DNA from: a virus
Lineage: Duplodnaviria; Caudoviricetes
Strand: one strand, 5' to 3'
Virus record (IMG/VR): IMGVR_UViG_3300037755_000987
Span: 23,416 to 87,415 of that record
DNA: 64,000 nt
Shown piece by piece: positions 25,868 through 33,938 of this stretch. The position numbers were made by a program, and so were the translations under genes. The notes under the pieces are model-generated. The model worked only from the letters and a program-made list of their open reading frames with translations. It ran no database searches and had not been told where the DNA came from. How positions within the stretch are numbered: the first letter of the stretch is position 1; the number at the start of each line of letters is the position of its first letter.

Positions 25868-26754
25868 GCCGCTTCGCGCCGGGCGACCGCGTCGAGTGGG
25901 TCTCGCGCTCCGGCATCCGGCGAGAGGGCGAGATCGTCGAGGCCCTGCCGGGCAAGCAGTGGGCGGTGCGGCCGGATGGGTGCGCGGTGGAGCAGGCGGT
26001 GGACGCCGACGACCTGAGCCGCATCCCGGAGCCGGCGGACGCCTTGGAGCTCGGCGGCCCGGTGTCGGCCGTCCTCACGGTGCGGCAGCGAGAGAGCCGG
26101 GCTCGCAAGGCGGCGCTCGCAACACCGCCGGCGCAGCGCCGCGAACGGGCGAGACGAGCCGGGAAGGCGTCGGCGGCGAAGCGCGAACGCGAGCGGCAGC
26201 CGCCGGCCGCCGCCCCGCAGCACGCCGGCGACTTCGGCAGGGCCGGTGGGTTGGCGAGCGCCCAACGGCGAAGGGAGCGCGCCGCCACGGTCGATCAACC
26301 CCCCGCCGGGAAGAACCCCGCCGCCGTGGCGCTCGGGAAGCTCGGCGGCAAGAAGGGCGCCGAAGGCCGCATGGCGAAGCTCTCGCCGGAGGAGCGGTCG
26401 CGGATCGCGGCGCGGGCAGCGCGGGTACGGTGGGCGAAGACGAAGAGCGCGACCCCGGTCGCCGACGTCCAGCACGGCACCCGCCACGCCTACATGAACC
26501 GCGGCTGCCGGTGCGCTCCCTGCCGGCAGGCGAACACCGACTACAACCGCGAGCGCTACCAGCAGCAACGGCGGGGGCTGCCGGCGACCAACGACCGCCG
26601 GAAGGTCACCCTTCGCGGTGGCGGCTCGCTCGTTGTCGAGGTCCGCGGGCTGACGGCGGCCGACGACGACATCCGCCTGGTCAACGCGATCGCGGCCGCC
26701 ATCGAGCTCTACGACGCCGCCGCGGGCGAGGGCGACGAGGCCAGCGAGCAATGA
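25864..26754 (+). CDS. Basic modular putative nucleic-acid-binding protein
   Basis: KNPAAVALGKLGGKKG...LSPEERSRIAARAARVRW and HGTRHAYMNRGCRCAPC motifs. Confidence 0.65.
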   Translation: MSRFAPGDRVEWVSRSGIRREGEIVEALPGKQWAVRPDGCAVEQAVDADDLSRIPEPADALELGGPVSAVLTVRQRESRARKAALATPPAQRRERARRAGKASAAKRERERQPPAAAPQHAGDFGRAGGLASAQRRRERAATVDQPPAGKNPAAVALGKLGGKKGAEGRMAKLSPEERSRIAARAARVRWAKTKSATPVADVQHGTRHAYMNRGCRCAPCRQANTDYNRERYQQQRRGLPATNDRRKVTLRGGGSLVVEVRGLTAADDDIRLVNAIAAAIELYDAAAGEGDEASEQ

Positions 26755-26936
26755 CGACCCCTGCCGGCCCCGAACCACGGCCCGCCCCTTCTTCTGCTAC
26801 GCTCGCGCTCGCCAAGGGAGACACACCAAAGGGTGGGGCCGGGGTTGGCGGTGTCGCGCTCGGTCGATCACGGGCTGAACGCGGGTCGTGGTCGCCGCTG
26901 GCCCCGGCCCCCGCTTCGTTGGCATAGCATCCAGCC

Positions 26937-29270
26937 GTGAGCCTCCACGACGACGTCCTCGAGCGCCTGACCGGCTACGGCGCCCGCCTCCACAGCTTCG
27001 ACGACGGCACCGTCTCGCTGATCCGCAAGATGCTCGAGGACCTCGAGGCGTCGCTGGTCGAACAGTTTCGGCTCGCCGACCCGACGGCCATCGCGCGGCG
27101 CACCCACCGCCTCGCCCGCCTCGAGGCCATCCTCGCCCAGACCCGCGCCACGATCGACGGCACCTACGCTGAGCTCGGATCGACGCTGCGCAGCCGCCTC
27201 GAGGAGGTCGCGGGGTTCTCGATCGAGTTCACGCACGGCACGCTCGTCACTATGCTCGGCCCGGTCCGCACGGCGGTCGGCATCAACACCGTCACCGTCT
27301 CGCCGGAGCTGCTGCGCCGCCTGGCTGACGACACGCTCATCTCGATGGGCGGGCGGACCGGAGCGGCGCCGGTCAAGGAGTGGCTCGCCACCCAGAAGGA
27401 CGACGTCGTCAAGGCGTTCGCCGGCCAGATGCGCGAAGGATTGATGCGCGGCGAGGGCATCCCGGAGCTCGCCCGCCGGATCTCCGGCGGTGGCCGGCAC
27501 GACGGCATCGGACCGATCTCGCGGGAGTGGGCGGAGGCCCTGGCGCGCACGGCCAACACGGCGGTGACGGCGGAAGCGCGGGAAGACGTCTACGCCGCCA
27601 ATTCGGCCGTGGTGAAGGGCATCTTCCACGTGACGACCCGTGATGAACGGACTTGCTTCGCTGCCGGCACGCTCGTACGATTGAGTGATGCGTCAGTCAA
27701 GCCAATCGAGGAGATCGTCCCCGGAGACACGATCATCTCCGGTTGCGGCCGCCCTCGAAGCGTCAGAGGAGTCCTCGAGCGGGTCGCCGCCGACTGGCGA
27801 ACGATCGCCATCGCCGGCGGCGAGCTCGTTCACTGCACCGCCACGCACCCCTTCTGGACCGCCCGCGGCTGGCGGGAGGCCGAAGCGTTCAAGCCTGGAG
27901 ACGTCATCGCTGTCGGCACCGTGTCTGGCCTGCGGCGGGACGCTGCCAGAGAAGCCGAAGGGACGGCGAGGGGGACCACTCGGACCTCCGCGCCTCTACT
28001 GCTCGCCGCGATGCCAGGAGAAGGGCAAGAGAAACATCCAGGTGACAGGACGCTGCGAGGCCTGCGGAAACGATTGTCGGTCCTACCCCAGTACGCCGCG
28101 CCGCTACTGCTCGCGAGCCTGCTACCTCGCGGCCAAGGCCAGCACGCGGCTGAAGCTGACGTGCGGGGCGTGCGGTCGCCCGTTCAAGGTGAGGGCCTCA
28201 CGCGGCAAGAGGGAGGGGGGTCGGTCGCCGAAGTACTGCAGCCGGGCGTGCACACGCAAGGCGCTGGGCTTCCGACCGCCACGGGAGAAGGTTTGCGCGC
28301 GGTGCGGCGTCGGCTTTTCGGTCGAGGGCCGGCGAACAGAAAAGGCGAAGTACTGCTCGCTCGCCTGCAAGCATGGGCCGCGGATCGAGCGACTCTGCCC
28401 CTCCTGCGGCGCATCGTTTTCGCATGTCCCGGCGCTGGATCAGGTCTACTGCTCGGTCGCGTGCTACAGAAGGAGTGCCGCCGAAACCCGCACGGAAACG
28501 ATGGTGAGGCTCGAGCTCGAGGAGATGGACCTGCCCTACGAGCAAGAGGTCAAGGTGGGTCGCTACTCCATCGACTTCGTCGTCTGCGGCTGGCTGGCTG
28601 TCGAACTCGACGGGACCTACTGGCACCGCAATCGCCCGGCAGCGAGGAAGGACGCGGCGGTGAGAGCGGCGGGCTACACGCTTCTGAGGATCACCCTCGA
28701 CACGGCGACAGACGAGTCGCGCCTTCGTGTTCTGCGTCTACTGTGCCGCGCCCTTGCGGCTGGGCCGAGGTCGTCGCGATCGAGAGCGATCAGACGCCGG
28801 CCCTCTGTTACGACCTCGAGATCGAAGGCGACCACAGCTTCCTTGTCGGCCACGCCGGCCTGATCGCCCACAACACGATCGTCTGTCTGGCCTACGCCGG
28901 AAAAGCCTTCGTCCGCGACGCCGACGGCTTCTACCAGCCGCTCGGCCACAAGCTCCCGTACAACGGCGGCGTTCCGCGGCACGTCAGATGCCGGTCGGTC
29001 GAGGCTCCGATGGTGCGGTCGCTCAAGGAGCTCGGGTTGAGCGAGTCCGAGGTTCCACCTGAGCTGCGATCCGCCTTCGGCGCCATGCCGCCGGCTGAGC
29101 AGCAGGGCGAGGCGATCCTCGCGGGGCTGAAGAAGAGCCAGCAGCTCAAGGTGCTCGGCCGCCGGCGGTACGACCTCTGGAAGCGCGGCGACGTGGGCCT
29201 CGCGCAGATGATCTCGCCCGACGGCCAGGTGCTCCGCCTCGACGAGATCGCGGCCGCGGCCACCTCCTGA
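26937..29270 (+). CDS. Head morphogenesis protein (MuF / SPP1 gp7-like), intein-containing precursor
   Basis: AEALARTANTAV, TTRDERT[intein]TIVC, PRHVRCRS MuF motifs; one uninterrupted 777-codon frame. Confidence 0.88.
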   Translation: MSLHDDVLERLTGYGARLHSFDDGTVSLIRKMLEDLEASLVEQFRLADPTAIARRTHRLARLEAILAQTRATIDGTYAELGSTLRSRLEEVAGFSIEFTHGTLVTMLGPVRTAVGINTVTVSPELLRRLADDTLISMGGRTGAAPVKEWLATQKDDVVKAFAGQMREGLMRGEGIPELARRISGGGRHDGIGPISREWAEALARTANTAVTAEAREDVYAANSAVVKGIFHVTTRDERTCFAAGTLVRLSDASVKPIEEIVPGDTIISGCGRPRSVRGVLERVAADWRTIAIAGGELVHCTATHPFWTARGWREAEAFKPGDVIAVGTVSGLRRDAAREAEGTARGTTRTSAPLLLAAMPGEGQEKHPGDRTLRGLRKRLSVLPQYAAPLLLASLLPRGQGQHAAEADVRGVRSPVQGEGLTRQEGGGSVAEVLQPGVHTQGAGLPTATGEGLRAVRRRLFGRGPANRKGEVLLARLQAWAADRATLPLLRRIVFACPGAGSGLLLGRVLQKECRRNPHGNDGEARARGDGPALRARGQGGSLLHRLRRLRLAGCRTRRDLLAPQSPGSEEGRGGESGGLHASEDHPRHGDRRVAPSCSASTVPRPCGWAEVVAIESDQTPALCYDLEIEGDHSFLVGHAGLIAHNTIVCLAYAGKAFVRDADGFYQPLGHKLPYNGGVPRHVRCRSVEAPMVRSLKELGLSESEVPPELRSAFGAMPPAEQQGEAILAGLKKSQQLKVLGRRRYDLWKRGDVGLAQMISPDGQVLRLDEIAAAATS
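27653..27681 (+). promoter_or_regulatory. Putative internal promoter for the nested endonuclease (leaderless start at 27688)
   Basis: TTGCTT (27653-58), 17 bp, TACGAT (27676-81), 6 nt, ATG (27688). Confidence 0.65.
27654..28874 (+). mobile_element. Intein (407 aa) in the MuF gene
   Basis: Block A CFAAGTLVRL, block B CTATHPFW, block F/G CYDLEIEGDHSFLV...IAHN followed by +1 Thr. Confidence 0.92.
27688..28863 (+). CDS. Zinc-finger-repeat Vsr/DUF559-type putative homing endonuclease, nested in the intein in the +1 frame
   Basis: Five CxxC...YCSxxC units, then E...YEQE...GRYSIDF...VELDGTYWH...KD...GYTLLRI. Confidence 0.88.
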   Translation: MRQSSQSRRSSPETRSSPVAAALEASEESSSGSPPTGERSPSPAASSFTAPPRTPSGPPAAGGRPKRSSLETSSLSAPCLACGGTLPEKPKGRRGGPLGPPRLYCSPRCQEKGKRNIQVTGRCEACGNDCRSYPSTPRRYCSRACYLAAKASTRLKLTCGACGRPFKVRASRGKREGGRSPKYCSRACTRKALGFRPPREKVCARCGVGFSVEGRRTEKAKYCSLACKHGPRIERLCPSCGASFSHVPALDQVYCSVACYRRSAAETRTETMVRLELEEMDLPYEQEVKVGRYSIDFVVCGWLAVELDGTYWHRNRPAARKDAAVRAAGYTLLRITLDTATDESRLRVLRLLCRALAAGPRSSRSRAIRRRPSVTTSRSKATTASLSATPA

Positions 29271-29342
29271 ACGCCGCCACCGATCGCCACCCGCGCCCCG
29301 GGCCGCGATAGCTCCCCGTCCGGGTCAAAACGATGTGTCTAG

Positions 29343-29843
29343 GTGAATTAGACGCGGTGACCCCACCACCCCGCAATTCGCGGCGCGCGGGCCGTGTTTA
29401 AGGATAATTGCGGGGACGTTTCGGGTAATTGCGACCTGCAATTATCGGAGTGTTGTCTTGAAGAGAGGACCTCCAAACCTAACCAGGAGAGAGCGTTGTA
29501 AGATATCCGGGAAATTATCCAAACCGTTGGACCTTTTTGGGCCGCCCTTGATTGACGAAATGCCCCGTCATTTGTCGGGGACAACAGCGTTTGAAGAGGA
29601 GCCGTCGGTCAAAGCCGCGGCCGGCCCACAACTTCGTCAGCCCGCAGAGCTTGCAGCGGTGGCACGTTCATTGCCCCGGGTGACCCCTCCGGGATAGTTG
29701 CTACACTCAATTACCGTCCAATTCAATTGGAATGGGGTCCAATTCAAACCCCACGTCTCGCGCTAAGACACAGAAACGACGCTCAGGACTCAACAAGCAC
29801 GCGGGTTTTGAAAGAACGTCTGTGAATTAACTCGGGTGACCCC
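29343..29843. repeat. AT-enriched non-coding segment with several iteron/operator-like repeats
   Basis: GTGAATTA-N5-GGTGACCCC at 29343 and 29822, variant at 29666; GRTAATTGCG at 29403/29424; GTCCAATTCAA at 29716/29737. Confidence 0.75.
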
Positions 29844-29970
29844 AGGGGGACATCGCGCGCACGTTAACCAGAATAAGATAAAACATGGGGGTGTAGGGGC
29901 TCTTTTATCAGTGGTAAGAAACCACAACCCGCGCGCGCGAGGGGCACCGGCCGCGAAAGAGCCGCCCCGC

Positions 29971-29993
29971 AAAAACCAAGGACGTGGTACGAT
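29971..29993 (+). promoter_or_regulatory. Extended -10 promoter motif, copy 1 (upstream of tnpB)
   Basis: AAAAACCAAGGACGTGGTACGAT; TGnTACGAT; 20/23 identical to 31174-31196. Confidence 0.65.
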
Positions 29994-30026
29994 GGTGACT
30001 CGCTCTCAGGGTAGGCTCGACCAGAG

Positions 30027-31127
30027 ATGATCCGCACCTACCGCTACCCACTCAAGCCGACGCGCGACCAGGTTCGCGTGCTCTATTCGTGGCTCTCCTA
30101 CTGCTGCGACCTCTACAACGCGGCCCTAGAGCATCGGATCGGAGCATGGCAGCAAAGTCGCGTTTCGGTGAGCTACAACGCGCAGTCCGTGGAGCTCACC
30201 GGGCTGAGGGCAGACGACGACCTCGCGGCGTCCATCCCGGTAGATGTGCAGCGCTCCGCGCTTCGTCGAGTCGACCGAGCCTTCCAGGCGTTCTTCCGAC
30301 GAGTGAAGTCCGGCGATCGCCGGCCCGGCTTCCCGCGCTTCCGCAGCCGCCGGCGCTACGACTCCTTCGGGATCGGGCGGGTGACGCCGGATGGCGACCG
30401 GGTCCGCGTCCCGAAGCTCGGGGCGGTGCGGTTCCACCTCTACCGGCCGCTGGTCGGCGAGGTCAAGGAGGTCACGATCCGCCGCTCGTGTGGTCGCTGG
30501 TTCGTGTGCTTCAACTGCGAGGTCGGCGCGGCGCCGGCGAAGCGGGCGGTCCGCTCCGCGATCGGCGTCGACCTCGGGCTGACCGCCTTCGCTGTCACCT
30601 CGGAAGGAAGGCGCTACGCCAACCCCCGGCACTTCAAGCGCGGCGAGGAGCTACTCGCGAAGCGCCAGCGACGGCTCGCCCGCCGCAGGCGCGGATCGAA
30701 GTCTCGCGAGCGTGCCCGCCTCCTGGTGGCGAAGGCGCACGAGCACGTCAAGCGCCAACGGCTCGACCACGCCTGGAAGCTGGCCGGCGCGCTGGTGGCT
30801 GAGCATGACCTGATCGCGGTCGAGGCCCTGAACATCGCGGGCCTCGCCCGAATGGACCTGAGCAAATCCGTCGCTGACGCCGGCTGGCGGGTGTTCCTCG
30901 AACGACTCGCACTCAAGGCAGAATGCGCCGGGGTGACGGTGGTCGAGGTGGACCCGCGGGGCACGTCGCAGCGCTGCTCAGGCTGTAGCGAGGTGGTGGA
31001 GAAGCGGCTGTGGGACCGCGTCCACGACTGCCCGCACTGCGGGCTGGTGCTGGACCGGGACTGGAACGCCGCCCTGAACATCCTGAACCTTGGCTATTCG
31101 CCCGGTAAGGGCGAGGCGGCAGCGTGA
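30027..31127 (+). CDS. tnpB: TnpB (IS200/IS605-family RNA-guided endonuclease), no tnpA nearby
   Basis: RTYRYPLKPT N-terminus, PGFPRFRS, RuvC motifs GVDLG / IAVEAL / DRDWNAALNI intact, CSGC...CPHC zinc ribbon. Confidence 0.95.
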   Translation: MIRTYRYPLKPTRDQVRVLYSWLSYCCDLYNAALEHRIGAWQQSRVSVSYNAQSVELTGLRADDDLAASIPVDVQRSALRRVDRAFQAFFRRVKSGDRRPGFPRFRSRRRYDSFGIGRVTPDGDRVRVPKLGAVRFHLYRPLVGEVKEVTIRRSCGRWFVCFNCEVGAAPAKRAVRSAIGVDLGLTAFAVTSEGRRYANPRHFKRGEELLAKRQRRLARRRRGSKSRERARLLVAKAHEHVKRQRLDHAWKLAGALVAEHDLIAVEALNIAGLARMDLSKSVADAGWRVFLERLALKAECAGVTVVEVDPRGTSQRCSGCSEVVEKRLWDRVHDCPHCGLVLDRDWNAALNILNLGYSPGKGEAAA

Positions 31128-31173
31128 GCGCCGAAGGCTCAAACGGAGCCACTACCCAAAAAGAGCTTTCCCG

Positions 31174-31196
31174 AAAAACCTAGGAAATGGTACGAT
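31174..31196 (+). promoter_or_regulatory. Extended -10 promoter motif, copy 2 (downstream of tnpB)
   Basis: AAAAACCTAGGAAATGGTACGAT upstream of GGAGG and ATG 31229. Confidence 0.65.
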
Positions 31197-31228
31197 CCAA
31201 GAACACCACCTCTCCGCACGGAGGCGAC

Positions 31229-31711
31229 ATGACCAACACCACCCCCCTCAACCCTGAAGAGCTCACCGCCGCCGCGATGGCGCTGGGCGCACTCCAGCGC
31301 CAACAGGTCGCCGGCGGCGACGCGGCCCTCTGGGTCGACCGCTACGGCGAGCGCCTGATCGCCACGGTCCTGCGTTCGCAGCGCGACCTGGGTCGCTACC
31401 GACGCAGTCACCGGGCGCTCCAGAACGTCGGCACCGCTGGCGCGAAGTTCCTGAAGGTGTCCTCGGACCTCGTCACGCAGCACGCTGGACTCCTGCCGAA
31501 GAGGTTCGCCGAAGCCTTCCGCGCCGCTGGCCGAGCCGGCAGTTCGGTCGTCCTCGGCCAACTCGCCGTGGCGTCCGCCGCGCTCGAGCACGACGACCGC
31601 GAGGCGATCGACGCAGCGGCCAGGAAGGAAGCGCTCAGCTACCTCGGCAAGAACGCGGCGAACACGTCAACCGACGAGCTGAACCTCGAGGTGCCGGACA
31701 CCGTCCACTGA
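31229..31711 (+). CDS. Hypothetical alpha-helical protein
   Basis: GGAGG RBS; coding-like codon bias. Confidence 0.7.
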   Translation: MTNTTPLNPEELTAAAMALGALQRQQVAGGDAALWVDRYGERLIATVLRSQRDLGRYRRSHRALQNVGTAGAKFLKVSSDLVTQHAGLLPKRFAEAFRAAGRAGSSVVLGQLAVASAALEHDDREAIDAAARKEALSYLGKNAANTSTDELNLEVPDTVH

Positions 31712-31857
31712 GCCCCGCCCGCGAATTGCGCGCCACCGCTCAGCCGCGCTATCCTGACCCCGCTCCTTCCCTCCTCACCCCGCCTGGCGGCCCCGACAGA
31801 GACTGCCGGGCGGGGCCTTGTCGGCCCCCTCCGCCGCATCGCTCCATCCTCGAAGGG

Positions 31858-31887
31858 TTGACACCTCGCCTCGCCGTGCTGTACAAC
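31858..31887 (+). promoter_or_regulatory. Putative promoter of the head-tail operon
   Basis: TTGACA-18 bp-TACAAC in the gap before the scaffold gene. Confidence 0.5.
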
Positions 31888-32044
31888 TTCCTCCCGTGAG
31901 AAGCCGTCAGCTACGAGGTACCCGCCACCGGGGGTGGCAGTGCGGTCGCACGTTGGCCGCCGGGTGCCTCGTCACTGCTGACCGTAATCCTCGCTGCCCG
32001 GGGGGCAGCTAGCGGCCGGGGGCCGGCTGCGATCGGAGACACGC

Positions 32045-32866
32045 ATGGCGATTCCGAGCACTTGGAAGTCGAAGGACCTCGTTCCCGAGTGGGCGCTGCC
32101 GCACGTCGAAGAGAAGGACGGTGAGTTCGTCCTCGACGTGGCGGGTTATCGCCCGAAGAAGGAGGTCGACGAGTTCCGGGAAAACAACCTGAAGCTGACT
32201 CAGAAGCTCGAGGAGCTGCAGGCGAAGATGGCGGAAGGGCTGTCCCCCGAGGAGAAGACCAAGCTCGAGACCGAGATCCAGACCCTGCGCGAGAAGCTCG
32301 AGGCCGGCGAGCACGGCGAGAAGATCGAGGAGCTGATCGCGCAACGGATGACGGAGCTCGAGGTCGGCGGGCGGAAGGTGAAGGTCCCTAAGACCGACGC
32401 CCCGCACCTCCAATCGCAGTTGAAGGCCCTCAACGAGAACGCGACGACCCTCGCGAGCACGGCCGAGACGATGCGCGCCGAGCTCATGAAGGAGCGGATC
32501 GGAGGCGCAACGCTGGCAGCGATGCGCAAGATCGGCGGCTTCAACCCGCGGGCCGAGGACGACGTGGTGGGTCACGTCAGCCTCCGGTTCCAGATGGGCG
32601 ATGATCTCGAGGCATTCCTTCCCGACCCGGACGACAAGGAAGGCAAGACCGCCTCTGTCGGGGCGGACGGGAAGAAGCTCACGATCGAGGGCTACCTTCG
32701 GAATATCGTCGAGTCGGGCGAGAAGGCGGGCGTCTGGGTCGATCCTCCACAGGGAGCACGCCAGCGGATCAAGGCGGGCTCCGTGCCGGAGGCGGAACGG
32801 GCGGCGCCCACCGGATCGCGACGCATCGCGAAGGGTCTGCGCAGCAACAACCTCGGAACGGCCTGA
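32045..32866 (+). CDS. Capsid scaffolding protein
   Basis: Directly upstream of the capsid gene; KDGEFVLDVAG...VDEFRENNLKL, coiled coil. Confidence 0.75.
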   Translation: MAIPSTWKSKDLVPEWALPHVEEKDGEFVLDVAGYRPKKEVDEFRENNLKLTQKLEELQAKMAEGLSPEEKTKLETEIQTLREKLEAGEHGEKIEELIAQRMTELEVGGRKVKVPKTDAPHLQSQLKALNENATTLASTAETMRAELMKERIGGATLAAMRKIGGFNPRAEDDVVGHVSLRFQMGDDLEAFLPDPDDKEGKTASVGADGKKLTIEGYLRNIVESGEKAGVWVDPPQGARQRIKAGSVPEAERAAPTGSRRIAKGLRSNNLGTA

Positions 32867-32914
32867 CCGCCAACGAGCCGGTAGGTTCTCGGGTCTTCGC
32901 TCAAGGAGACTCGA

Positions 32915-33862
32915 ATGGCGACCCAGACCCTCGCGGAGCTCGCCAAGTTCGTCCAGGACGACTTGGTGGGGGGCGTGGCGGAAGACATCATCACCGTCAG
33001 CCCGATCTTCAACTTCCTTCCCTTCCAGGGCTACAGCGGAGACGCGGTGGTCGTCAACCGAGAGACGACCCTCGGCGACGCCGGGCTCTACAGCGTCTCG
33101 GACGCGATCACCCACCGAACGCCGTCGACCTCGACGCCGCTGGCCTTCACGGCCACGAAGCTGATCGGCCAGGTCGACATCGACGGCCTCGTCCAGGCGC
33201 AGGGCGAGAGCGACGGCGTCGACATGACGGCCCAGGAGATGTCGTCAAAGTCGAAGAGCCTGTCGCGTCTTTTCCAGCAGGAGATGGTCAGCGGCACGGG
33301 CGTCGCGCCGTCGATGCACTCGCTGCACTCGATGATCGATTCGGAGCAGTTCGCGACCGCGTCGGCCCTCGAGCGCGACCTCAGCTTCGAGCTGATGGAC
33401 GAGCTGCTCGACCTGGTGGTCGCGAAGGACGGCGAGGTCGACTTCCTCATGGGCCACTCGGTCCTGCTGCGGAAGTACCGGGCGCTCTACCGGGCCCTGG
33501 GCGGGGCGCAGCCCCAGCTCGTCGTCATCCAGATGCCGGACGGCACCGAGCGGACCGTCGAGAGCTACAACGGCATACCGTTCTTCCGCAACGACTACCT
33601 CAGTGTCGCGGAGACGGCGGACGGCGCGGCGCTGACCGGCGGCGACATGACGTCGCTTTGGGCCGGCGTCTGGGACGACGGGTCCCGGAAGGTCGGCCTC
33701 TCGGCCATCTACCCCGAGTCCGTCGACGCCGGGATCATGGTCAAGAACGTGGGGACGTCCGAGACGCTGGACGAGGACATCTACCGGCTGGTGTGGTACA
33801 CGAACTTCGTGAACTTCAACCGGCGCGCCCTCGCCCGGCTCGCCTCGCTCGCCACCACGTAG
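32915..33862 (+). CDS. Major capsid protein
   Basis: TLAELAK..QDDLVGGVAEDIIT..PIF..LPF...NRE..LG, FE.MDELLDLV, YNGIPFFRNDY; AAGGAG RBS. Confidence 0.88.
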   Translation: MATQTLAELAKFVQDDLVGGVAEDIITVSPIFNFLPFQGYSGDAVVVNRETTLGDAGLYSVSDAITHRTPSTSTPLAFTATKLIGQVDIDGLVQAQGESDGVDMTAQEMSSKSKSLSRLFQQEMVSGTGVAPSMHSLHSMIDSEQFATASALERDLSFELMDELLDLVVAKDGEVDFLMGHSVLLRKYRALYRALGGAQPQLVVIQMPDGTERTVESYNGIPFFRNDYLSVAETADGAALTGGDMTSLWAGVWDDGSRKVGLSAIYPESVDAGIMVKNVGTSETLDEDIYRLVWYTNFVNFNRRALARLASLATT

Positions 33863-33879
33863 GCGGCGAACCTTCTACC

Positions 33880-33919
33880 GGCGGCCGGCGTGACGTCGCG
33901 ATGACGTCGGCCGGCCGCC
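33880..33919 (+). terminator. Strong hairpin after the capsid gene (attenuator or mRNA stabiliser; no U tract)
   Basis: GGCGGCCGGC-GT-GACGTC / GACGTC-G-GCCGGCCGCC. Confidence 0.45.
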
Positions 33920-33938
33920 CCTCGCAGGGAGAACGCTC

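Noticed and set aside
26925-26939. TAGCAT-6 nt-GTG suggesting a leaderless MuF start
   Set aside because: Spacing fits, but there is no -35 or extended -10, so a chance match is plausible
27919-28760. Reading the element as a naturally split intein
   Set aside because: No stop codon in the MuF frame and no RBS-supported restart before the C-terminal splicing block
29343-29843. Possible CRISPR array making the TnpB a Cas12f-like system
   Set aside because: Copies are short, degenerate and 323 and 156 bp apart, not a regular repeat-spacer array
31128-31173. IS605 right end (TCAA at 31139-42 within GGCTC-AAACG-GAGCC)
   Set aside because: The tetranucleotide lies inside the hairpin rather than after it, and no matching left end was found, so element boundaries were not called
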